A DNA stretch of 64,000 bases. It comes from Octopus sinensis (taxonomy: Eukaryota). The notes beneath the pieces were generated by a model, which worked only from the letters and a program-made list of their open reading frames with translations, ran no database searches and was not told the DNA's origin. Positions 26,361 to 39,044 of the stretch are shown piece by piece; positions within the stretch are counted from its first letter, which is position 1, and every line of letters starts with the position of its first letter. The DNA lies in contig NC_043011.1 in assembly GCF_006345805.1 (NCBI RefSeq), positions 12,970,464-13,034,463 of the forward strand, written 5' to 3'. The position numbers were made by a program, and so were the translations under genes.

Positions 26361-26728
26361 GTTGCGAGTGTGACAAGGTGGGTAAAATACGCTGAAGCAG
26401 ACCAGCAAAGACCCAGTCAGATACGATCCTGCTGTTTATCCGAAAGACAAACGTCTAGATAGGGAAGAATAAACGACACACATAGACTGTGCGGAAAAGG
26501 ATAACACACACACACGCACACATATACACATGCATGGACACACACACACACTTCCAGAGCGCACGGAAGAGTGTGTAATTGCTGATTCCAGGAGGAGAGA
26601 GGAGATAGGTAAGCGCGGAGATGGTAAAGTTCGCGGTAAAAAGCTGTTGGGACACATACACATGCAACACACGAACACATATAGAAACGTACACACGTAT
26701 GTATATATATATATATACACTCGCTCGC

Positions 26729-26760
<32 letters not shown>

Positions 26761-26943
26761 GTGTGTATGTGTGTGTATGTGTATGTGTGTTGTGTGTTTT
26801 CCTCTCGAGAGATGAGAAAAAGGGAGTGAAATATGCAAGAAACAGACAATGGACAGCTGTTAAGTGTTGTGGTAGCAGAACTATAGCCTTTCGACCAACA
26901 ACAACAGCAGCAGCAGCAGTAACAGCAGCAACAGTAGTGGTAC

Positions 26944-26985
<42 letters not shown>

Positions 26986-27286
26986 CTGGGATGGTAGTTG
27001 TAGTAGTTTTAGTTGTTGGGATGGTGGTAATAGTAGCAGTAGTTGTTGTTATTGGTGGTGTTGTTATTGGTGTTATTGGTGTTGTGGTGGTGGTGGTGGT
27101 GATGGTGGTACTATTTACATGTTAGTGTATATTTATAAGACGGTAATAAGCGGAGATGACAGTTGACCAAAATGTTAAGAGATTCGCAGACTTAAAAATT
27201 TTATTTATTTTGGGATATATATATATATATATATATACGGATCATGTATTTATGTAAGTATGTATATACATGTATATATATATATA

Positions 27287-27324
27287 CTGTCTGATGAACG
27301 GCAACGAGAAACTCAGAGTAACAG
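27287..27324 (+). ncRNA. Type I hammerhead ribozyme motif (Penelope pseudo-LTR-like fragment 27286-27358)
   Basis: ctgt CTGATGA acg-gcaa-cga GAAA ctc-a-gag TA acag, then AATAAA; embedded in (TA)n. Confidence 0.75.
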
Positions 27325-27416
27325 ATTTTGTTGAATTTTCTGCTGCTTAAAATAAAGTATATATATATATATATATATATATATTTCACACATACATACA
27401 AAACAGCACGTACAGG

Positions 27417-27460
<44 letters not shown>

Positions 27461-27563
27461 CAACAAAGATACACGTGTACTTTATTGTGTATACATTCAT
27501 ACACATACACCGCTCTGGTTTTTCTCATGCACACTAATACACATACTCATACCCTCTCTCTTT

Positions 27564-27624
<61 letters not shown>

Positions 27625-27802
27625 GTTCGTTCTTTACCTCTATCTTTTTCTGTCACACATTTAGACACTCCCGCATCACACAAATACATATTTACACAGA
27701 CATGCTCTCACACTTTCTTACGCACACACACACAACACACACAGACACACACAGTCTCACATTCACTTCCTGTTTCTTTCTCTTACGTACACACTCTGTC
27801 GG

Positions 27803-27895
<93 letters not shown>

Positions 27896-27990
27896 CTCAC
27901 TCGCCTATATACAAACACACTTTCTTCTACACTCCCTTTCTCAAATTTCTCCGGCTCGCTCCTTCTGTGTCTCATTCTCTTTCTCTTTCT

Positions 27991-28062
<72 letters not shown>

Positions 28063-28149
28063 CTCCATCTTTCTGCCTCACGCTCATATACAACATCTAT
28101 ACATACTGCAATATAACAATTTAACAAGCGTGTTAGCGGAATATATACG

Positions 28150-28837
28150 TATATATGTATGTGTGTGTGTATGTATGTAATTATGTATGTGTGTGTGTAT
28201 GTATGTATGTATGTATGTATGTATATATGTATGTAGGTAGGTAGATAGGTATGTATGTATGTATGTATGTATGTATGTATGTATGTGTGTATGTATGTGT
28301 ATGTATGTATGTATGTTTGTATGTATGTATGTATGTATGTATGTATGTATGTATGTATGAATGTGTGTATGTATATATGTATGTGTGTGTATGTATGTAT
28401 GTATGTATGTATGTGTGTGTGTATGTATGTATATATGTATGTATGTGTGTGTGTATGTATGTGTGTATGTATGTGTGTGTATGTATGTATTTATGTGTGT
28501 ATGTGTGTATTTGTGCGTATGACGTAATCCTGTATGTACGGATCTGTATGTATGCCAGTGCATGTATATATATATATATGTTCGCTGTGATTTTTAATTC
28601 TTCAAAGTCTTCGAGATCGATGGAACTAACCTCTATCGTTCGAACTGAGATGACTTTTAGAAGAGTCCTCCGAGTTTCTATCGTTCTGCTTTCAAAATGA
28701 ATTTACAACATGCATGCATACATACATACATACATACATACATACATACATACATACATACATACATACATACTTACATACATACATACACACACATACA
28801 TACTTACATACATACATACATACACACACATACATAC

Positions 28838-28868
<31 letters not shown>

Positions 28869-29023
28869 CATACATACATACATACTTACATATATACATA
28901 CATACATACATACATACTTACATACATACTTACATACATACATACTTACTTACATACATACATACATACATACATACTTACAATACATACTTACATACAG
29001 ACATTACATACATACATACTTAC

Positions 29024-29054
<31 letters not shown>

Positions 29055-29075
29055 CCATACTTACATACATACAAC

Positions 29076-29106
<31 letters not shown>

Positions 29107-29580
29107 CTTACATACATACATACATACATACATACTTACATACAACATACATACATACATACATACATACATACATACCATACATACATACATCATACAT
29201 ACATACATACATACATACATACATACATACATACTTACATACATACATACTTACATACATACATACATACATACATATATACATACATACATACATACTT
29301 ACATACATACATACATACACACACACATACATACACACATACATACATACATACATACATACATACATACATACATTCATACATACATACATACATATAC
29401 ACACACACAAATACATACATACACACATATACATACATACATACATATATACATACACACATACACACATACAAACATTCATACATACATACATACTTAC
29501 ATACATACATACATTCATACATACATACATTCATACATACATAATTGCATACATACATACATACATACATACATACAACA

Positions 29581-29610
<30 letters not shown>
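28150..29610. repeat. Large (TATG)n and (CATA)n arrays in opposite orientation around a ~200-bp spacer
   Basis: Direct reading; source of the long HTYI/MYVC pseudo-ORFs. Confidence 0.95.
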
Positions 29611-29612
<2 letters not shown>

Positions 29613-31382
29613 CACATTCAGAGAGAGAAAGTGATGGACAAATAGAATGAGGGACCTATAAATAGATAAACACGCGTAGAGAGAGAAAGGGGAAGGGAGA
29701 GAAAGAGAGAGGGAGAGTTGTGGAAGGAGAGAAAGAGTTTTGTGGTTTACAGACAAGTAGATGCGTGGCTATACATACGAATGTGAAAGTAGATAGTGTG
29801 TTAGAGATTGTGAGATACGAAGGAAGTGTAAGTGGTTGAGGTTAACCGTGTTAATGTCACAGTAAGCTTTAACAGGGAATAAGTGACAGTGTGCATGAAT
29901 GCTGTGTGTGAAGGCAAATAGGACGGAAGACGAAGCCAAGTGTAACTGTCCCAGGACATCACGTTTACCTGGTTTTTATACTGTCAACGACCGCTCGGGA
30001 ACAAAAGTGGTTTTGGGGTTTGTTTGTTTTTTTTTTATTTTTATTTTTATTTTTGCTTTGTACACTTGTTAAAAGAAAATCAGTTTTATCATTCAACCTT
30101 GGTTATGGTCAACTTAAGAAATAATCGTTATCATAAAGAATGCTGGGGATTTTTGCAGTGTGTCCAGACGGCCTTAGTGTTCAGCCCTTATTGAGGATAC
30201 CTGTGCTTAAATAAGATCCAGCCGTGACCATAGCGTCCCTCTGAATATTGCTTGTAGCAGAACCGTGTTACCTAATGAGGTTTTCCCTTATCAAGATGGT
30301 CGGTGTGATAAGAGGGAAATCTGGCTGTTATTTCTAGCAATCCGAACAACCGCATAGAAACTCTCACTGTGGCATAGTTGCGTGTTATTCATGAGCTGTA
30401 GTGTGGTTTGAATTTCTTGAGATGTCTAGTGTCAGTGTTCTGATGTAATACGAGTAAATTGCCGAGTCACCAACAATACAGTGGTTTCGATGTTTGCTCA
30501 TAAAAAAATGTGATAGTCAGTGGAGAGGTTGTGTGTAAAGTGGTCTGAGGAAGAGGATCAAAGGATGTATAATACATTGGAGAAGGGACAATGAATAGAT
30601 CGTTGATGTAGAAGAGGAAGAAGTTTATTATTAGATAACCAAGCTCTGAAGTTGAGCAGAAATAATGGAGTGAAGATTGAATAGCAAGTGAATCAACCTT
30701 TCCATGTTAGGCTGAGCAAGGATAATAGGCTGTTAACAGGGGAGTCTAAAAGGAGATTTACCACGTGCGTTTGGAGTATAGCTGCAAGCAATGTGAACAG
30801 CAATTATCGGAGACTTTGCTGGAGGACGGCTGCAGTTTGGGTTGAGGGGAGTAGATAAGGGGATTCCTGAAAATTAGTTGAAATCTTTTTTTTTCCCCAA
30901 GTGATTAGAATGCATGGCTGGTATTGTGAAAGAGCGCCTGTTTCCAGTGTGTTGTGATACACTAACATATTCCTTGTTCGTTTAACGATCATCTTCCAAG
31001 TTTCGTTTAAAAACAAAATATTTTCTAATCGGTGACTTTACAGAATTTTCAGCAAAATATCTTTTCTTCTGCACGAACATCTGCAGTTCAACTTCTTGTG
31101 AAGTTTGCTGGATTATAGAATTTAAATGAGGCTTTTTACATTGAAGGATTCAGCTTGGAGGATAATGACAGTCAGTGACTTAACTATCTCTGTTGAATTG
31201 CACATAATACATATTTGCTTGATTACTGTTGATTTAAATTAAAACCAATTAGCTACCTTAGAGGACTAACGTGGATGCGGTACCGTCTTGCCTTATTGCG
31301 CAAAACAGTGTGTTTCGTAGAGAATTCACCTTGACAACTGCTGATCAAGTCAAGTAGGATGTGATGATTTTTAACAGTAATA

Positions 31383-31815
31383 GGATCTTTTCGGTTTGAA
31401 CGGCAGTTTTTTCTAGCGGTGTCATATGAAATTGTCACCCATAATTATGACCTTAGTATCGATCTATTGCATTTCAATCTGTTTTAGGGTTAGGGTTAGT
31501 TAGGGTTAGGGTTAGGGATGGGGGGGAAGGGTATCTTTTTTTCTTCACAAATGTAAATAAACCCATTCTGTTTCTTAAACGAGGGACATATTCATACGGC
31601 ACAGAATGTTTTTTACCTCAATAGACGTCACTGATTGGTTGAAATTGCAGAAATTGAAGAAAAAAAACAACAAATATCTTACAAACTATAGAATTTTCTC
31701 AATAAAGCCAAGAGAAAAAGATGTTTTATAAACACATTCTACCAGTATACGAAGTTTAAAATTTTTTAGTTACCTAGAAATTATGTTAAAAACTGCCGTT
31801 CAAACCGAAAAGATC
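31383..31815. mobile_element. Merlin-like MITE flanked by a ~173-bp direct duplication
   Basis: TIRs, (TTAGGG)n-like tract at ~31485-31517; 31210-31382 repeated at 31879-32051. Confidence 0.88.
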
Positions 31816-32363
31816 TCCATTAACTACTACCAAGCAACAACACTAAAACTATCAAGAATCACCATTAACATAATCAATCATATTTGCTTGATTACTGTTG
31901 ATTTAAATTAAAACCAATTAGCTACCTTAAAGGACTAACGTGGATGCGGTACCGTTTTGCCTTATTGCGCAAAACAGTGTGTTTCGTAGACAATTCACCT
32001 TGACAACCGCTGATCAAATCAAGTAGGATGTGATGATTTTTAACAGTAATATTTTGAGACTGAAGACTAAATCGAAAGGAGAAAGCAATTTGAAAGGCGA
32101 GGTATATAAGTCAGACAAACTGATTGATGAGTGCGCGTGTATCGCTGTTTATAAAGCAATTATTATTGAGTTGCTTATTGAGTTTATGATAGTTGACAAG
32201 TACAGCTCACCTAGTGTTTTTCCGATGTGAGTTGTTTTATGCTTCGGAGTGAAAGTAAATATTGAACATATGTGCGTGCGTGTGGAGGTCTGGCTGTGCA
32301 CTTTTGAGGACTGCACGCACGCATAGACACATATGCATCCACACTGATGCATTCTATGCATGT

Positions 32364-32394
<31 letters not shown>

Positions 32395-32551
32395 CACACA
32401 TAAATACATATCTGATACATTATATGCATGTACACACATATACACGCACACATATATACATATATAGATACATATAGACATATAATCATTATCACACACA
32501 CACACATGCACACACTCACGCACACCCATATATATAGATACATATAGACAT

Positions 32552-32846
32552 ACTCTTTTACTCTTTTACTTGTTTCAGTCATTTGACTGCGGCCATGCTG
32601 GAGCATCGCCTTTAGTCGACCCTGGGACTTATTCTTTGTAAGCCTAGTACTTATTCTATTGGTCTCTTTTGCCGAACCGCTAAGTTACGGGGACGTAAAC
32701 ACACCAGCATCGGTTGTCAAGCAATGCTAGGGGGACAAACACAGACACACAAACACACACACAAACATACACGCACATATATACGACAGGCTTCTTTCAG
32801 TTTCCGTCTACCAAATCCACGTCACCAAATCCACTACCAAATCCAC
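32552..32846 (-). mobile_element. SINE family A, 5'-truncated, joined to a ~118-bp copy of RTE sequence (32847-32964, like 34326-34443)
   Basis: Sequence identity to family A and to the nearby RTE. Confidence 0.8.
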
Positions 32847-33775
32847 TGCTTGAGATGATAGCAGCAGGGGACCCAGGACTCAGAGCCATGTAGGAGCATC
32901 ATGAGAACGACAGCCCTGTAGACGCTGACTTTTGTGCTGATCTTAGGATGCTTGTTGTTCCACATCTCAACTTTAGCATCACACCAAGATTCATAAGAAT
33001 TCCAGATAAACCACCTACCCCCGGGTATATCTCTGCAAAAAATAAATCTCTACACGAATGGGTCATGACTAATATGAAACGTCTTTAAATGTAGAGGGTT
33101 TGTAAGACACAGCGTGAGACGACTGTTGTTATCGTTAGGCCTAACTCATCGTAAAGTCAATACCACCATGACCGATATCCAATCTACAGTGGAGAAGGCT
33201 AGCCACTGGATTTGGTTAAAAAGAGACGATGAGCGATGGCTAGAAGTATATTGAGTTCTTCATAACCAGCTGATCTAGCAAGCGGGGCCTCATATCAGTG
33301 AGGGGGGCCGGTGCGCATTGATGCCGTCGAGAGGTAGGCCCCGAAACGGCGCGCATTCTCTCCTGATGACCCCATACACTTGCTAGCTTCCGATATACGG
33401 AGCTTTTAACTGGTAGAATTTGCATGTGCAAGTTGTTTGCAAGACACACACTCAAATATATATATATATACATATATATACATATAAACTTACTTGGAAA
33501 TGGATACGTCGCGTTCAATTAAAATAATATCATAGAAGGATCATCTTAGTGCGTAAGATATTTGGGGACAGATTTATATTTATAAGAAAAACAGATTTGC
33601 AATTGATCTCATGGATTTTCTGGGATTGTAATCAATGGCCTGTTTAACTTGTTGGATAAATTCAGCTGTTCTGATCATTCTGATCATTTCAGAGCGTTTA
33701 GAATGTTTTTTAATGATTTAATACTATTGATACGTTTCCATATTCAGTCTCTTTACGAACTTAGTAGACGAAAGA

Positions 33776-36700
33776 TCTCTTCTTGGCATCGTTTCACTGA
33801 AGAAGAAGGCTGTTGACCACGTTACCTGCACGCTCGTTCGTGGCTGATAAAGCCGATGTGGGGCCGACATATCCGATTGCGTTGATGACAGGGCTATGGT
33901 GGTTCAGGGTCTGATGATGCAACTGCTTTGCTTTTTCGCCTCTGACGTGTGTCTTCAAGGAAGGCATTGCGAGATATCTCAAAGGAGGAAACAACACCGC
34001 TGATGGTATGGTGCCAAGTGATGTGGTGAGCTGTCTGAGTGGCCCACTCACGATAATGTTACAAACGTTAAGAGGGTGCTTCAGGCAGTCCTTGTAACGC
34101 TTCCTGTTGCAGTGGCCAGTGGTGAGCTCACCATACATGATGATCTTGGGTAGTCGATGGTATTTCATCCTATCAACATACCTTGCCCAATGCAATTGTC
34201 TCTCAAGCAAAATGGCTTCCAGGCTGGTGACCTTTTCCGACTCGAGGACCTCAGAGGTGGTGATGTAGTCGCTCTAGTAAATGTTGAGGCTGATACGGAG
34301 GCAGCGTTGGTGAAAAAATTCAAGGAGCTTGAGATGATAGCGGCAGGGGACCCAGGACTCAGAGCCATGTAGGAGCATCATGAGAACGACGGCCCTGTAG
34401 ACGCTGACTTTTGTGCTGATCTTAGGATGCTTGTTGTTCCACACACGCTTGTACAGTCTGCCAAATGCTTTGTTTGTCTTTGTGAGTTTGTTGTCAATTT
34501 CTTTGTTGATACTCGCATCTGATGAGATGGTACATCCAAGGTAAGTGAACTGCTGTACCGACTTCAGTTATGTTTCAGCAACGGTGATGTGGGGCGGGTT
34601 GTGCTCTTCCCGAGAAGCTGGTTTATGTCGGACTTCAGTCTTTTTCAAGCTTACTTCCAAGCCCGAAGAACTGGGCGGCCTCTGCAAAGCAGGATGTAAT
34701 GCGATGCATGGCTCTTTCTATGTGTGCGACAAGTGCAGCATCATCTACAAAAAGGAAGTCCTGAATCAGTTACTCTTGGATCTCAGTGTGGGCCTGTAAG
34801 TGCCGGAGGCTGAAAAAACTGCAATCCAGACAGCACCTGATGTATATGTCGTCTTCAGCGTCGACGTCTGCAGTGGTTGCTTGAGCATCTTGCTGAAGAA
34901 GATGCTGAAGAGGGTTGGTGAGAGGACACAGCCCTGCTTCAAGCCGTTGTTAATGGGGAATGGCTCTGATATATCGCTATTCAGGCTGACTTGTCCTTGT
35001 TGGTCTTCGTGAAGCTGAATCACAATGGTTAGGAATTTGGTGGGGACATCCAAGTCGGTTTAAGATCTGCTACAGACCTTTCCTGCTCACAGTGTCGAAC
35101 GCTTTCGTCAGATCGACAAATGTTACATGAAGTAGTTTGTTTTGCTCCCGGCACTTTTCTTGAAGCTGTCTGAGAACGAAAACCATATCTGTTGTGTTCC
35201 TGGTGGCTCTGAAACCACATTGGTTCTCTGGAAGATAATTTTCGACGATGGACAGAACAAGTTTATTGAGTAATCTTGCTAGAACTTTTCCTGCAGTGGA
35301 AAGCAGCGTGATACGCCGTTAGTTTGAGCAGTCTGACTTTTTTCCCCTTTGTTTTTGTACAGTGTAATTCTGAATTTCACGGAGTTTGCGCTGCAGGAAA
35401 CTGCAGGCTTGGCGAAAGGCCACTTTCTTTTCTGAGCAGGACGGTTATGCCTGGTGTGCTCGGTGGGCAGACATCTTCTTCTTTAATAATTCCTGGATCA
35501 GTATATCGCTTTCGTCAAACCAATCCGTGTTCTTTTTCTTCGTAAACCCAAGGATTTCTGCAAAGGTCTGTAGGATGGCGGTTTTTAGTTGTTCCCATAG
35601 AATTTCTGGAGACGGACCTGAGGGGCAATTGGATTGATCAAGCTTTGCCTGTAGGCCTGTCTGGAAGTTTACTTTCACTTCGTTAGGTGCAGACCGCTAG
35701 TTTTGATTTTCTTGTTGTTGTTGTTGTTGGCCAGTCCTCTTTTTGGGGCTTGGTTTGGGATTGAAGTGGAGTTTGAGTTTGCAACAGACCAGCCGATGAT
35801 CAGTATGGCACGGTGTGCATGACATCAGACTGGTCTCGAATACGCACAAGGACGTTGTCAAGGAGGTGCCAGTGTTTTGATCGGGGGTGCATCCTGGTTG
35901 TTTTCAGACTGTCCTTTTGCTGGAATATGCTTTCCGAGGACTCTTTTCCAGGTTTCTGGATCTCAGCCCACTCTGGCATTGAAATCACCTAGGATTATGA
36001 CCTTATCATCAACGGGGATTCCCTGTAGGAGACTGCACAGGTCTGAGTCGAACTTTTCCTTGTCTGCTGGTTCTGCTTGGAGGGTCGGGGAGTAAACGCT
36101 GAAGATCGTGGACTGCTGCTCGTTTGAGGCGCATGGAGATGATGTGGTCAGAATGACCTGCTTGTAGGGTTTCAAGATTTCAGGCAATGGAGTTTCTTAT
36201 CATGAAACCGACACCTGAATGGCGTCTTTCTGGTGAGGGTTTGTCAGACCAATATAGAATGTATCCGGCACCATGTTCTTTCAAGCTGCTTTCTTCGGGA
36301 ACCGGACTTCGCTAAGGATTAGACAGTTCATGTGCAATGAGAGCGGGTCGGCGTCCTGGCGACCTCTGTCGCCTGAGTCAAGAATGGTCCGGACGTTCCA
36401 AAATTCGATCTTCAGAGTGTTGGCAACACTTAGAGCGTGTGTGGAGTCTTTCCTTTTTGAAATTGTACGTATTCGACCGTTTGAAGATGCCCGTTGACCG
36501 CGGTTTGCCAACTGGATGTGTATGAGATGAGCTCTCTTTAAGCCACCTTAGATTAGGCTGCTTGGTCGTTCGGGATGCTGCCATGTGATGTTGTCGTCTC
36601 CAGGTCAACACTAGATGACCAATGTCCCGAACCGCCAGCATACAGGTTGAGAGCTGCAGCTTCCAGTGACATCTTCCACCTTCCCATCGTTACAGGGCTT

Positions 36701-37095
36701 GGGGAGTTGTGATCGTGGTTGTGGACGTGTTCATGTCCTTCGGCCTGCGCGATGGAGTTTTAAAGGTGAAGTGCAGTCTGCACAGAAGTGACACCACCCT
36801 TTACACCCGGGGTTCATCTACTGTGGCCCAGTAAGCTAGGACGATGACAGAGAGATCCTCAGGTCCTAGGTTTTATATCGAGGTGTCTTTTTCCTAGACA
36901 GGCTGCCCATCATGGCTAACAAGCTCCATCTGCTCGGAGCAGCCTGGTTATACTGCGCCAGACACCCGCAGTCGTCCTCTCCTGTTGGTTTAGATCCAGG
37001 TAGTACCACGAGGCGGTCGAAGTAGGACTTGTGGTTTACGTCACTCTTTGGTAGTTTTAGGCCAGTATGGTGTCCACCCAACCATTATCCGGTGA
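33776..37095 (-). mobile_element. Near full-length, frameshifted RTE/BovB-like LINE (APE endonuclease + RT)
   Basis: Fragments WNVRTILD, SVYSPTL..ILGDFNARVG, MHPRSKHWHLLD, GLKQGCVLSPTLFSIFF, RLPKIIMYGEL..KRYKDCLK in the expected order. Confidence 0.92.
36974..37079 (-). ncRNA. Candidate HDV-like ribozyme at the RTE 5' end
   Basis: P1 GGGTGG/CTACCT with G1-U wobble; P2 GTCCT../..AGGAC; P3 ACC/GGT; L3 GCCTCGT; P1.1 GG; J4/2 CCAA; P4 degenerate. Confidence 0.55.
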
Positions 37096-37109
37096 CTATG
37101 TGGGGCCCC

Positions 37110-37323
37110 ATATACTATATACGAAATATCTAGCGACTTTTAAAAATCGAGATATTTCTAAATCGCTGTGCGCAGCCTTTATAGTCACGATAACAGTATG
37201 CCTCTTCATTTCTTGAGTAAACTGAGGGTCTGCCATTATTACTTTCTGATTACATAGGGTGAGCAAAAAATGCAGCAATGACCAAATAAAAATGTCCTCA
37301 AATCCCTTACGCACCCTGCAGTA
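37110..37323 (-). mobile_element. Tc1/mariner-superfamily 5' fragment
   Basis: HTH-like peptide EMKRHTVIVTIKAAHSDLEISRFLKVAR after a TA..CAGGGTG-type terminus. Confidence 0.5.
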
Positions 37324-38825
37324 CACAGAAATACCATCTTTTAGGAAGTTTCAACCATATTCAAAACATGTCATTGTACATCTTGGCTCTGATACTCACA
37401 AAAATCCTGTACAACGCATATCTCTATGATTACACGACTACATTGGTATCGTTCTAGCAAATCTTGAAACACCTTTTTACATCCTTATTTTCATACCAGA
37501 GTAAAATTCACATGCCTGAACTTGAACCCACAGCCCCACGGAACGAAGAACTGTAACTTCCTTATTGTGCCGTGAATTCTAAAGAAGAAGTTAAGAAGAA
37601 ATACAGTCATAGTTTTCAATATAACCACGAACTTTCCAGTGATGCAGCTGGTATTTACAATTTTTACTGAATTAACAAAGTGTGTGATGAATGTCAAGAG
37701 ATGTAATCAGAATTCATCCACGGCGTCAAATCTGCACTTTATGTTGCTTGGAATATATATAATTTGTTTTGAAATACATTTGAAATATATATAATTTGTA
37801 TTTAGTTCTATTTATTTTATGATACATGTTATCAACACTTTACACAATACATGTCTATATATTTGTGCGTGTGCATATATAATGCATGAGTGTGTATGAA
37901 TATATATGTATGTATGAATATGTGCATGTATACATACACACACACACACATACACTTACAAGCATACATATCCCTCATCAATTAGTCACAAACTTGTACG
38001 TCTATAAAATCCATGTAAAGAGGACTTGAATGTCTCAAACGTGACAAGTGGAAACCACTTATCTAATTATGATAAACTAGTCGAGCTAGTATGACTTAAA
38101 TGCGATAGACGAACAACAGAGCCTTGGATATAGCACCGTTTCAACCATTGTTGCTAAGGATTAATTTAGAACAACAGCAATCCCAACTAAGTTTGAAATC
38201 TCCATCACTACAACAACAACAACAAAAAACGTCAAACTGCAACAGTAACAAGAACCTCCAAAGCCGTAGCATTAATAACAAATGATCCGACTGTCAGAGC
38301 CATGATTGACAGGGCCACTCCTGTGACTATTTATAAATAAGCCAATGTCTGCACCTCCAGCTAAACGTCTTCCTTGGCCAACATAGAGGTTTTCCATACA
38401 AAGACGGTTCGGCCTTGGATGAAAGATTGCTGTTTTCGCTGCTGCTGCTGTTGTTTATTGCTAGGTCACCACATGACCTTCCCGATTTTTTTTCCAGCAG
38501 TTTTCAGATACCTCCACCTCTTTGGAGACATTAAAACTAGGTGCTTCAAAAGTTAAACATTTTCTCCGTTTCGTCTTGTAATGACTGGGATATATCTTGT
38601 TAGGATGGGAGAGATAGTGAGTGTGTAGAATAGTCATTTGCACCCAGAATGAGAGAATGTATTTATGATTTGCACCTAGAGTTCTCGGGCAGATATTGTT
38701 TACTTACCTGACACGCTTATTGTTCAAATATCTGATATTATCCTTGTTTAGTTAATCAACGTTGCCACTATTCAGATATCCGACAGGGCTACTGCTCAGT
38801 CACCCGATACTCATACTATATAGAT

Positions 38826-39044
38826 CAGTGCTTTTCAAACTTTTTGCTGGAGCGGAACCCCAAGGAAACATTCCACTAGCTCGAGGAACCCCTGTGCAAT
38901 AATTTAATAGTCTTATGCACACATATCTGCACAGGAGAATTAAAAATTACTGCCGATTTTAGCAGTTTTGTAACTTCTTGCGGAACCCCTGGACTGTACT
39001 GGCAGAACCCTAAGGTTCCGCGGAACCCTGGTTGAAAACCACTG
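38826..39044. mobile_element. hAT (Charlie-like) MITE
   Basis: TIRs CAGTG(C/G)TTTTCAA; 8-bp TSD ATATAGAT at 38818-38825 and 39045-39052. Confidence 0.9.

Noticed and set aside
26733-27125. Hydrophobic poly-Val membrane-protein-like ORF
   Set aside because: (GTA)/(GTT)/(GTG) microsatellite upstream of the real exon
28697-29650. Long ORFs of 276-317 aa (HTYI repeats)
   Set aside because: Translations of (CATA)n microsatellite; no coding complexity
31485-31520. Telomere or chromosome-fusion relic
   Set aside because: TTAGGG units are an internal part of a multi-copy MITE
33166-33225. SECIS element
   Set aside because: ATGA and AA are present but there is no 3' GA to complete the quartet and no selenoprotein ORF nearby
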